Positions 1 to 7,796 of a stretch of DNA of 32,000 bases are shown in pieces. The DNA lies in NCBI RefSeq assembly GCF_000260965.1, contig NC_017856.1, positions 420,001 to 452,000 on the forward strand, given 5' to 3'. This DNA is from Methylophaga frappieri. Lineage in GTDB: Bacteria > Pseudomonadota > Gammaproteobacteria > Nitrosococcales > Methylophagaceae. The notes under the pieces were generated by a model. It did not search any database. It had not been told where the DNA came from and saw only the letters and a program-made list of their open reading frames with translations. Made by a program: the position numbers and the translations under genes. How positions within the stretch are numbered: the first letter of the stretch is position 1; each line of letters begins with the position of its first letter.

Positions 1-569
1 GTATCCTGATGACGCTTATCTCCACGCAGCGCAAGTAATTGCCAGTAGAGGCAGTCTAATACTGCAGATTGCAAGAGCAACGAGTGCTCAACACCATCCT
101 GAATTAACGATGCTACCCTAGATGCCGCCGCTGAGCCACGTTGACATTGAGAGGCACTTTTAATGAAAAAAGCTAAATCCGCATCAAAGTTTAAACCCGA
201 CAGTTCTTCACCAGCCAACTCATATAAAAGCTGGGGACTAATCATCAATTCAAGATTGAGCAAATTTTCACAGTGTTCGGTGTGAAAAATTTCGCCATCA
301 GAAAAGCCCATATTGACATGGCCTTGCTCACAGAGCAGTGAAACATCTTTAACTTTTGCCGCATATTTGCCAGATAACAGACAATTAAGGTGAATGTATT
401 CGTTATCGCCTTGAGCCGGCTCGTCATCAGCATGTTCAGGTGTCTCGAAGGCGGACGTGACACAGGCGATTAAACCCGGCTGAACTTCCAACATTCGGGT
501 TTGAAAACCACCATCCTGAATCGGTGATATTTCCTTATCTGCAAACGATTGCGATGCATTAGAACGCAT
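1..569 (-). CDS. AraC-family transcriptional regulator, N-terminal (ligand-binding) part. The gene runs off the window edge, so the C-terminal HTH is not visible.
   Basis: It is missing from the ORF track because it has no stop in the window. My hand translation of the minus frame from ATG 569..567 stays open to position 1: MRSNASQSFADKEISPIQDGGFQTRMLEVQPGLIACV...NEYIHLNCLLSGKY...LLLQSAVLDCLYWQLLALRGDKRHQD. This resembles the N-terminal halves of PchR-like AraC regulators. The listed 245..463 ORF is in a different frame and looks spurious. Confidence 0.45.
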   Translation of the reverse strand, partial: MRSNASQSFADKEISPIQDGGFQTRMLEVQPGLIACVTSAFETPEHADDEPAQGDNEYIHLNCLLSGKYAAKVKDVSLLCEQGHVNMGFSDGEIFHTEHCENLLNLELMISPQLLYELAGEELSGLNFDADLAFFIKSASQCQRGSAAASRVASLIQDGVEHSLLLQSAVLDCLYWQLLALRGDKRHQD

Positions 570-708
570 ACTCTTACCTCAATTTGTCAATACTCTGCCA
601 GCAGAAACATACCGACAGCGTTAACCTGGGCAAGCAACCATAAATATGATACAATATATCATAAAAGGCGCGTGATAAAGCTATCTTATCCGCTTTCTTT
701 CGTTGATG

Positions 709-727
709 CAAATAAGATTCATTATCA
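709..727. promoter_or_regulatory. Fur-box-like site in the divergent AraC/ettA intergenic region
   Basis: gcaaataagattcattatc matches the 19-bp Fur consensus GATAATGATAATCATTATC at 14/19 positions by hand alignment. It lies about 140 nt upstream of the AraC-type gene start. Confidence 0.3.
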
Positions 728-819
728 ATAAAGACGGGTTTCAATAATTAAAAATGGGGTTCGCAATCAACGCCCAGCATCGGTAAAATCTGCCCATCAT
801 TACCGTAACGGAGCCAGCC

Positions 820-2478
820 ATGGCACAGTATGTCTATAGCATGAATCGGGTGGGCAAAATTGTTCCGCCTAAACGCGAAATCCTCAAAGATATTTCTCTT
901 TCTTTTTTTCCTGGCGCCAAAATTGGCGTATTAGGCTTGAATGGTGCCGGTAAATCTTCCCTACTTCGGATCATGGCAGGTGTCGATACCGATTACATTG
1001 GCGAAGCACGGCCAATGCCGGATATCAAGGTTGGTTATCTGCCGCAAGAACCCGAGCTTGATGAATCCAAAACGGTCCGCGAAATCGTCGAAGAGTCTGT
1101 TTCAGATGTGAAAGAGGCATTGGCTGAACTGGATGCGGTTTATGCCGCTTACGCTGAGCCGGATGCAGACTTTGACGCCCTGGCCAAAAAACAGGCCGAA
1201 CTGGAAAACCTGATTACTGCCAAGGACGGACATAATCTGGAAAATGCATTGGAACGGGCAGCCGATGCGCTGCGCCTGCCTGCCTGGGATAGCAAAGTCA
1301 GTGTCTTGTCTGGTGGTGAACGCCGCCGCGTCGCCCTCTGTCGATTATTACTTGATAACCCGGACATGCTCTTATTAGATGAACCGACCAACCATCTGGA
1401 TGCCGAGTCAATTGCCTGGATAGAGCGATTTTTGCAGGAGTATCCTGGTACCGTGGTGGCGATTACCCACGATCGTTATTTTCTTGATAACGCGGCAGGC
1501 TGGATTCTCGAACTGGATCGCGGTCGGGGTATTCCTTATGAAGGGAATTACTCTTCTTGGCTGGAGCAAAAAGAAAAACGACTCGAGCAAGAAGCCAAAG
1601 AAGAAGCGTCGCATCGAAAAGCAATTCAAGCAGAGTTGGAATGGGTACGCCAAGGTGCCAAAGGCCGCCAGACCAAGTCGAAAGCGCGCATGAAACAATT
1701 TGAAGAAATGAATTCTCGTGAGTTTCAAAAACGTAATGAAACGCAGGAAATTTATATCCCGCCAGGTCCTCGCTTAGGTGACAAAGTCATTGAGTTGAAT
1801 AATGTGACCAAGTCGTACGGCGACAAATTGTTGTTTGAAAACCTGAATTTATCCATTCCAGCCGGGGCAATTGTTGGCATTATTGGTCCAAATGGTGCGG
1901 GTAAATCCACTCTGTTCCGTATGATCTCTGGCGAGGAAAAACCAGATGCGGGTGATATCGACATCGGCAGCACAGTCCAATTAGCCTACGTCAACCAGTC
2001 TCGCGACCTGGATGGCAGTAAAACGGTATTCGAAGAAATTTCAGATGGCAGCGATATGATTCAGGTTGGTAACTATCAAACGCCTTCGCGCGCTTACTGT
2101 GGCCGTTTTAATTTCAAAGGATCGGATCAGCAAAAGCACGTTAAGGATTTGTCTGGCGGTGAACGTAACCGATTGCACATGGCCAAATTGTTGAAGGAAG
2201 GTGGCAACGTTTTGTTACTCGACGAACCAACCAACGATTTGGATATTGAAACGCTTCGCGCACTTGAAGAAGCTTTACTGGCGTTCCCGGGTTCGGCCGT
2301 AGTCATATCACATGATCGCTGGTTCCTAGATCGAATCTGCACTCATATTCTGGCTTATGAAGGCGATTCCAATGTTGTTTTCTTTGAAGGCAACTATGCC
2401 GAATATGCCGACGACTATCGGAAACGCTATGGTAAAGATCATCAGCCAGAGCGGATTAAATATCGACGCCTGAACTGA
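820..2478 (+). CDS. ettA: Energy-dependent translational throttle protein EttA (ABC-F ATPase)
   Basis: 552 aa with two ABC cassettes: Walker A GLNGAGKS and GPNGAGKS, signature LSGGERRR and LSGGERNR. The N-terminus MAQYVYSMNRVGKIVPPKREILKDISLSFFPGAKIGVLG is typical of EttA/YjjK. Confidence 0.95.
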   Translation: MAQYVYSMNRVGKIVPPKREILKDISLSFFPGAKIGVLGLNGAGKSSLLRIMAGVDTDYIGEARPMPDIKVGYLPQEPELDESKTVREIVEESVSDVKEALAELDAVYAAYAEPDADFDALAKKQAELENLITAKDGHNLENALERAADALRLPAWDSKVSVLSGGERRRVALCRLLLDNPDMLLLDEPTNHLDAESIAWIERFLQEYPGTVVAITHDRYFLDNAAGWILELDRGRGIPYEGNYSSWLEQKEKRLEQEAKEEASHRKAIQAELEWVRQGAKGRQTKSKARMKQFEEMNSREFQKRNETQEIYIPPGPRLGDKVIELNNVTKSYGDKLLFENLNLSIPAGAIVGIIGPNGAGKSTLFRMISGEEKPDAGDIDIGSTVQLAYVNQSRDLDGSKTVFEEISDGSDMIQVGNYQTPSRAYCGRFNFKGSDQQKHVKDLSGGERNRLHMAKLLKEGGNVLLLDEPTNDLDIETLRALEEALLAFPGSAVVISHDRWFLDRICTHILAYEGDSNVVFFEGNYAEYADDYRKRYGKDHQPERIKYRRLN

Positions 2479-2492
2479 ACCCGTTTGCGCCT

Positions 2493-2533
2493 GCACCTGC
2501 CGTATCCTTCTAAATACAGGATACGGCAGGTGC
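2493..2533 (+). terminator. Perfect 16-bp stem hairpin 15 nt after the ettA stop, with no U-tract
   Basis: gcacctgccgtatcct (2493-2508), a 9-nt loop, then aggatacggcaggtgc (2518-2533). It is followed by caaaag rather than a T-run, so it may be a factor-dependent or atypical terminator, or an RNA-stabilising hairpin. Confidence 0.45.
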
Positions 2534-2716
2534 CAAAAGCGGCTTATACCAAGCAGCTAACCTACCTGATTCCCCCTTCACAGCTTTGCGCCAAATCATA
2601 TCAAGCATTGTTCTGGACGATTGTTCAGGAATGCCATACTACCAACGAATCAACAGCCAAACCGGTTTTGCCTGTCTTTTATCAATATCAGCATGGCATT
2701 TCACCGAGCAATGTCA

Positions 2717-2752
2717 GTGCACCTAAATGTACCTTGATTCATTTAGGTGCAC
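2717..2752. repeat. Perfect 13-bp inverted repeat (hairpin or operator)
   Basis: GTGCACCTAAATG (2717-2729), 10-nt spacer, CATTTAGGTGCAC (2740-2752). There is no flanking T-run on either strand. Confidence 0.5.
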
Positions 2753-2880
2753 GTTCTCAAAATACATATTTTATAACACACTGTTTTTATTGAATTATTT
2801 TTTTGGCACTGATTATGCATTATTTAAATTGTAGTTTTCAGTAGCATGTTGTTCTCTCTCTCTCGCTGCGTGCTGAGCTT

Positions 2881-2912
2881 GGGGTAAATCTTCGGATTTA
2901 CCCCTTTTTTTT
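2881..2912 (+). terminator. Canonical rho-independent terminator, plus strand only, with no annotated gene immediately upstream
   Basis: GGGGTAAATC (2881-2890), TTCG loop, GATTTACCCC (2895-2904), then T x8 (2905-2912). On the minus strand the run precedes the stem, so the element is orientation-specific. Confidence 0.75.
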
Positions 2913-3001
2913 GAGATACACATACTGATTTTGTGATTACAGCAAGGCGGTACGATTATTGCGTTAAGGTAATACAGCCCATTCGGAATACCGTGAATAC
3001 T

Positions 3002-4762
3002 ATGGATGTTACTGCACAGCAAATACAATCATTTCTCACTATGCATCAATTGCCTAGCGAGTATTCGGAACGCATTAAACGGTGGTTTTCTCACCTTGCA
3101 GAAGATTTATTTTCGCACCAAATTAGTGCAAAAAGACCTTTCCTTGTTGGACTGCATGGTGCACAAGGATCGGGCAAAAGCACCTTAGCGGCCTGCCTCG
3201 TCCATCTATTGAAAGAAGTCTGTCAATGCCAAGCTATTACCATCTCACTGGATGACTTTTATCTCACTAAACAACAAAGAGCACAGCTAGGCAACCAAGT
3301 TCATCCCCTTCTCTCGACCCGAGGTGTTCCTGGCACACATGATTTAGCTCTAGCAAAAAAAACATTATTTGCTCTTAAATCTGGACAATTACCCGTTGCA
3401 TTACCTGCCTTTAATAAAGCGATTGATGATCGATATTCAGAAACAGCATGGCAAGTCGTGAACCAACAACCCGACATTATTATTTTTGAGGGATGGTGTC
3501 TTGGGGCAACGCCACAAGCGTTGTCTGAGCTTGAGCAACCAATTAATACCTTGGAATCCACAGAGGATGTCGATGCCACTTGGCGTCGATATGTCAATGA
3601 GCAGCTAGTTGAATATCAAGATCTGTTTCAATTGGTTGATTATTGGCTAATGTTAAAAGCACCCGATTTTGATTGCATCTATGCCTGGCGACGTCAGCAA
3701 GAACAAGCCTTAGCAGCCAGACAAGACGATGACCATGTTGATAACTCGATTATGAATGATGTGGAATTAGCACGCTTTATCCAGTTTTACCAACGCTTAA
3801 CAGAGCATTGCTTAAAAACGTTACCCAATAAAATGCACGCGATTATCGAGCTAGATTCGCAAAGAGAAATTATTCAGATGATTAAACAAACTCCAAACCG
3901 CCCTAATCCACTTTTAATTTTTACTGATTTAGACGGTAGCCTGCTCGACCATCATACTTATCGACATGACGATGCGACCCCCATGCTAGTGAGCCTGGAA
4001 CAACGTGGAATACCCGTTATTCCAGTGAGTAGTAAAACGCGTTCAGAAATCGAACATTTACGATTCGGTTTAAAAAATACACACCCGTTTATCAGCGAAA
4101 ACGGCGCTGCTGTGTTTATCCCAATTGGTTACTTTCCAGAACAACCTGAACAAACGACGATTGAGGGGCACTTCTGGCAAAAGCGGTTCGTCGCGAACCG
4201 ATCGCATTGGCAAGCCATAATTGGTTCAGTTAAATCCGCCTTTTCGGGCGACTACATCAGCTTTAGTGATGCTGGCATTGACGGCATTATGAAATTGACC
4301 GGGCTGGATGTGTATGCGGCCGCCCGCGCTGCTCACCGTGATTTCAGCGAAGTGATTGCCTGGCAAGGCAGCCCCGCCAGACAAAAAGAATTTAGAGATG
4401 CCCTTATTCAAGCCGGTGCGAATGTCTTACAAGGTGGACGTTTTATGCATGTCAGCGGCACTTGCGATAAGGGTCAGGCACTTCGTTGGCTAAGTCAGCA
4501 ATATCAATATTATCTACCTGAAAAAACATGGCAAACACTCGCCATTGGCGACAGTCAAAATGATATTGCCATGCTACAGACAGCTGACATTGGCCTTGTT
4601 ATTCCTTCACCCGTACATGCTCTACCAGAAATACCGAATCAATCCCGGTTATTCGTTGCACCGCAAAGTGGCCCTGCTGGTTGGGCGGCTGGAGTAGCGA
4701 AGATCCTTTCAAACCTTTCCCATTCCACAGCAATGGATGCACAGGAGCTTTCATATGGCTGA
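3002..4762 (+). CDS. Bifunctional fusion protein: GLYK-type D-glycerate 3-kinase (N-terminal) and MpgP/YedP-family HAD phosphatase (C-terminal, probably glucosyl-3-phosphoglycerate phosphatase)
   Basis: Kinase half: P-loop GLHGAQGSGKST, LDDFYLT, RGVPGTHD, IIIFEGWCLG, IYAWRRQQE, as in plant/cyanobacterial glycerate 3-kinase. Phosphatase half starts near nt 3905: LLIFTDLDGSLLD, VIPVSSKTRSE, ISENGA, GDSQNDIAML, collinear with E. coli YedP / mannosyl-3-phosphoglycerate phosphatase. The ORF track begins at GTG 2933; I prefer ATG 3002 (MDVTAQQIQ), but the start is uncertain. Confidence 0.8.
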   Translation: MDVTAQQIQSFLTMHQLPSEYSERIKRWFSHLAEDLFSHQISAKRPFLVGLHGAQGSGKSTLAACLVHLLKEVCQCQAITISLDDFYLTKQQRAQLGNQVHPLLSTRGVPGTHDLALAKKTLFALKSGQLPVALPAFNKAIDDRYSETAWQVVNQQPDIIIFEGWCLGATPQALSELEQPINTLESTEDVDATWRRYVNEQLVEYQDLFQLVDYWLMLKAPDFDCIYAWRRQQEQALAARQDDDHVDNSIMNDVELARFIQFYQRLTEHCLKTLPNKMHAIIELDSQREIIQMIKQTPNRPNPLLIFTDLDGSLLDHHTYRHDDATPMLVSLEQRGIPVIPVSSKTRSEIEHLRFGLKNTHPFISENGAAVFIPIGYFPEQPEQTTIEGHFWQKRFVANRSHWQAIIGSVKSAFSGDYISFSDAGIDGIMKLTGLDVYAAARAAHRDFSEVIAWQGSPARQKEFRDALIQAGANVLQGGRFMHVSGTCDKGQALRWLSQQYQYYLPEKTWQTLAIGDSQNDIAMLQTADIGLVIPSPVHALPEIPNQSRLFVAPQSGPAGWAAGVAKILSNLSHSTAMDAQELSYG

Positions 4763-5978
4763 TTTTCACCAAAATGGCATTATCACTACATTACATAATC
4801 TGACGCACCGGCATCAGGCTGATTTAGAGCAGGATTTATTACGCTTTAGCCAACAACGTCCATTAGGGCTACTACTCCCCTCTTTGTATTCCGAATTGGA
4901 GGGTGCCGCTTTACCAGACATTATTCGGCAATTAAAAACGGTGCCTTATCTGTCGGAAATCGTCATTGGCTTAGACCGAGCAGATAAGTCCCAATATCAA
5001 TCGGCATTGCAATTTTTTGGTGAACTGCCGCAACACCACCGGGTTCTCTGGAATGATGGCCCAAGATTACGCGCAATTGATGCTGAACTTCAGGCACTAG
5101 ATCTGGCACCTCGGGAAGCCGGCAAGGGTCGTAACGTCTGGTATTGCATGGGCTATATTCTTGCGTCAGGTAAGGCTGAGTCAGTCGCATTACATGATTG
5201 CGATATTGTGACCTACAGCACCGAGATGTTGGCAAGACTGATTTATCCCGTTGCAAACCCAACATTTAATTACGAATTTTGCAAAGGCTATTATGCCCGG
5301 GTAGCAGGAGGACGGCTCAATGGTCGGGTAAATCGCCTACTCATCACGCCTTTGCTACGTGCTTTAAAGGCGGTGATGGGATCCAATGACTATTTGGATT
5401 ACATGGATAGCTTCCGATATGCCCTCTCTGGCGAGTTTTCTTTTCGTCGGGATGTGTTGACCGATTTACGTATTCCGAGTGACTGGGGATTAGAAATTGG
5501 TGTGTTATCAGAAATGCACCGGAATTATGCTAATAATCGACTTTGTCAGGTCGATATTGCCGACATTTATGACCATAAACATCAAGACTTATCCGCTGAG
5601 GATCCCAAAGCTGGGCTCTCAAAAATGTCCATTGATATTGCCAAGGCTTTATTTCGCAAACTGGCAACAAAAGGGGTCGTTTTTACCCCTGAGCATTTTC
5701 GCAGTATCAAAGCCAGCTATTATCGTATCGCCCTCGATTTTGTTGAAACGTATCGCAATGATGCGCTGATGAACGGCCTTCGCTTTGATATTCATGAAGA
5801 AGAAGCCTCAGTTGAGACATTTGCCGCCAATATCATGTCTGCGGGTCAGGTATTTTTGGAGAATCCGATGGAAACCCCTTTTATTCCAAGCTGGAGTCGT
5901 GTGCAAAGCGCACTACCCGATATTTTTGAACGTCTTTATGCAGCGGTTGAAGCAGACCACGAGGAATTTTCTGGATGA
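4755..5978 (+). CDS. gpgS: Glucosyl-3-phosphoglycerate synthase-like retaining glycosyltransferase (GpgS; MpgS cannot be excluded)
   Basis: The N-terminal MADFHQNGIITTLHNL motif and the DxD-like HDCDIV are as I recall them for GpgS-type enzymes. AGGAG at 4742-4746 sits 8 nt before ATG 4755, which is why I prefer that start over 4737. The gene overlaps the upstream gene by 8 nt. Confidence 0.75.
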   Translation: MADFHQNGIITTLHNLTHRHQADLEQDLLRFSQQRPLGLLLPSLYSELEGAALPDIIRQLKTVPYLSEIVIGLDRADKSQYQSALQFFGELPQHHRVLWNDGPRLRAIDAELQALDLAPREAGKGRNVWYCMGYILASGKAESVALHDCDIVTYSTEMLARLIYPVANPTFNYEFCKGYYARVAGGRLNGRVNRLLITPLLRALKAVMGSNDYLDYMDSFRYALSGEFSFRRDVLTDLRIPSDWGLEIGVLSEMHRNYANNRLCQVDIADIYDHKHQDLSAEDPKAGLSKMSIDIAKALFRKLATKGVVFTPEHFRSIKASYYRIALDFVETYRNDALMNGLRFDIHEEEASVETFAANIMSAGQVFLENPMETPFIPSWSRVQSALPDIFERLYAAVEADHEEFSG

Positions 5979-7726
5979 ATGTTGCCGAAATTCCGCCACT
6001 CCTCCAGATTTGTCGACAACACCTCAATACGGTTTACAGTGGTATTTTAGAAGAGTCCGAACGTCATCAATTAGCCGATGACTTACTGGAGATCATGCGG
6101 CTGACGGCAGATTGCCCGCTCACACCAGCCGATCAAAACAAGTGGCAAGCTGATGACATCGCCGTCATCACCTACGGCAACAGTATTTTGGCCGAAGGTG
6201 AACCGCCGCTGCAAACCCTAAAACGGTTTGCCGACGACTACTTAAAATCCAGCACAAATACGCTGCATATCCTGCCTTTCTTTCCATTTTGTAGCGATGA
6301 CGGTTTCGCCGTTCAGGATTTTACCGCTGTAAACCCAGCCTTGGGAGACTGGAACGATATTCAAGAACTTGCCAAGGCATGGCGATTAATGGCCGATCTG
6401 GTCATTAATCACGCCTCAACTGAAAGCCAATGGTTTCAAAACTTTATTGCTGGCAGCGGTGAAGGTCATGACTATTTTTATACTGTTTCGGCAGATCAAC
6501 CGGGCCTGGATGCGGTGGTGCGACCTCGTGTCAGTCCGTTGTTAAGGCCGACCGAAACAGCTAACGGTCTGCAACAGGTCTGGTGTACGTTCAGTCATAC
6601 GCAAGCTGATTTGGATTTTCGGCGGCCATCAGTACTGAAAACCTTTGTCCGCATCATACGATTTTATCTCGATCAAGGTATTCGTCTGTTCCGACTGGAT
6701 GCGGTCGCATTTTTGTGGAAACAGGCCGGTACTAATTGTCTCAATTTGCCAGAAACCCACGAAATCGTTCGATTATTGCGTCTGCTGACAGAGCAAGCAC
6801 AACCCGATACCGTGATCATCACGGAAACCAATATCCCTAATCGTGAAAATCTCAGCTATTTTGGTAATGGCAATGAAGCTCATTGGATATACAACTTTTC
6901 TCTGCCGCCACTCTTGTTGAATACGCTAATGACGGGCGAGTGTAATTACCTTCGTCAGTGGTTGATGAGTATGCCGCCTGCCCGTCATGGGACAACCTAT
7001 TTTAATTTTATTGCTTCTCATGATGGTATTGGTTTACGACCGGCTGAGGGGTTACTCACTGATGCGGAGCTTGCAGCCTTAATCAGCACCATGCAAAGTT
7101 TTGGTGGCGAAGTTTCTTGGCGCGCAACGGCCAATGGCATCAAAAAACCTTATGAAATTAATATCGCTTTATTTGATGCGATGCAAGGGACGCTGAAAGG
7201 GCCTGACACATGGCAAATCCCCCGCTTTATATGCGCTCACGGCATCATGCTCGCTTTAGAAGGTATTCCCGCTTTCTATTTACACAGTTTATTAGCCACA
7301 AGTAACGATTATCAGCGCGTTGAAGATAAAGGCCATGCACGTGCAATTAATCGACATCAATGGCAGGACACTCAATTAAGAGACTATCTTGATAGCCCTG
7401 AAAATGTGCATGCACAGGTATATCGGCAATTAACCAGACTGATTCAACTGCGCCGAAAACAACCCGCCTTTCATCCGAATGCAACGCAGTATACGTTGCA
7501 ACTTGGCAGTCACTTATTCGGTTTCTGGCGTCAAAGCCTCTGCCGCCAGCAGAGTATTTTTTGTGTGTTTAATATCACCGATACCACTCAGTCCTTAGCG
7601 GTACATGATCTCAATCTGGTGATTACTGACAGCTGGCGTGATCTGGTCAGCGGTCAAGTCCTTGCCAATCAGCAAGAATCAATTCCACTCGCCCCCTATC
7701 AAATGCTCTGGCTAAGCAATCACTAG
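5975..7726 (+). CDS. GH13 subfamily 18 (sucrose-phosphorylase family) enzyme, a candidate glucosylglycerate phosphorylase
   Basis: Collinear with sucrose phosphorylase: HILPFFPF.SDDGFAVQDF..V.P.LG.W.DI, VINHAS, nucleophile region FRLDAVAF, acid/base ITETN, and ASHDGIG. The start overlaps the gpgS stop as ATGA. Confidence 0.85.
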   Translation: MNVAEIPPLLQICRQHLNTVYSGILEESERHQLADDLLEIMRLTADCPLTPADQNKWQADDIAVITYGNSILAEGEPPLQTLKRFADDYLKSSTNTLHILPFFPFCSDDGFAVQDFTAVNPALGDWNDIQELAKAWRLMADLVINHASTESQWFQNFIAGSGEGHDYFYTVSADQPGLDAVVRPRVSPLLRPTETANGLQQVWCTFSHTQADLDFRRPSVLKTFVRIIRFYLDQGIRLFRLDAVAFLWKQAGTNCLNLPETHEIVRLLRLLTEQAQPDTVIITETNIPNRENLSYFGNGNEAHWIYNFSLPPLLLNTLMTGECNYLRQWLMSMPPARHGTTYFNFIASHDGIGLRPAEGLLTDAELAALISTMQSFGGEVSWRATANGIKKPYEINIALFDAMQGTLKGPDTWQIPRFICAHGIMLALEGIPAFYLHSLLATSNDYQRVEDKGHARAINRHQWQDTQLRDYLDSPENVHAQVYRQLTRLIQLRRKQPAFHPNATQYTLQLGSHLFGFWRQSLCRQQSIFCVFNITDTTQSLAVHDLNLVITDSWRDLVSGQVLANQQESIPLAPYQMLWLSNH

Positions 7727-7796
7727 CTGACGCCAGACGGTAACCATGATAGGTTAACTTTGAACTAATTAAGCTAAATCAACGAGGATAGTTTCC

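Noticed and set aside
245-463. 72-aa minus-strand ORF from the track
   Set aside because: It is in a different frame from the long open frame 569..1, which gives an AraC-like translation. Its own sequence (MSRPPSRHLNMLMTSRLK...) has no recognisable features. It is probably a shadow ORF.
1149-2342. Antisense and alternative-frame ORFs inside ettA (1149-1391, 1408-1728, 1484-1693, 1752-1973, 2127-2342). The same pattern occurs inside most other genes (for example 8250-8627, 12227-12541, 13666-14064, 17401-17893, 19398-19852, 23471-23960, 25091-26234, 29883-30252).
   Set aside because: They are fully embedded in confidently identified genes, show low-complexity or Arg/Ser-rich shadow-frame composition, and lack independent start signals.
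2485-2793. 102-aa plus-strand ORF (TTG start) immediately after ettA
   Set aside because: It begins inside the 16-bp terminator-like hairpin and runs through the 13-bp palindrome. It has a non-ATG start, no ribosome-binding site, and an odd composition (MRLHLPYPSKYRIRQVPK...). The region is better explained as structured non-coding RNA or DNA.
2853-2864. (CT)n tract as a phase-variable microsatellite
   Set aside because: There are only about six repeat units and the tract lies in non-coding sequence. That is too short to argue for slipped-strand switching, so it is noted only as part of the putative leader.
2933-3001. GTG 2933 as the start of the kinase-phosphatase gene
   Set aside because: This is not excluded. 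However, the extra 23 residues (MITARRYDYCVKVIQPIRNTVNT) do not resemble GLYK N-termini, and that start sits only 20 nt after the terminator U-tract. ATG 3002 is preferred, with low certainty.
2813-3028. 71-aa minus-strand ORF spanning the orphan terminator
   Set aside because: It is antisense to the terminator and to the start region of the kinase-phosphatase gene, and has no supporting signals.
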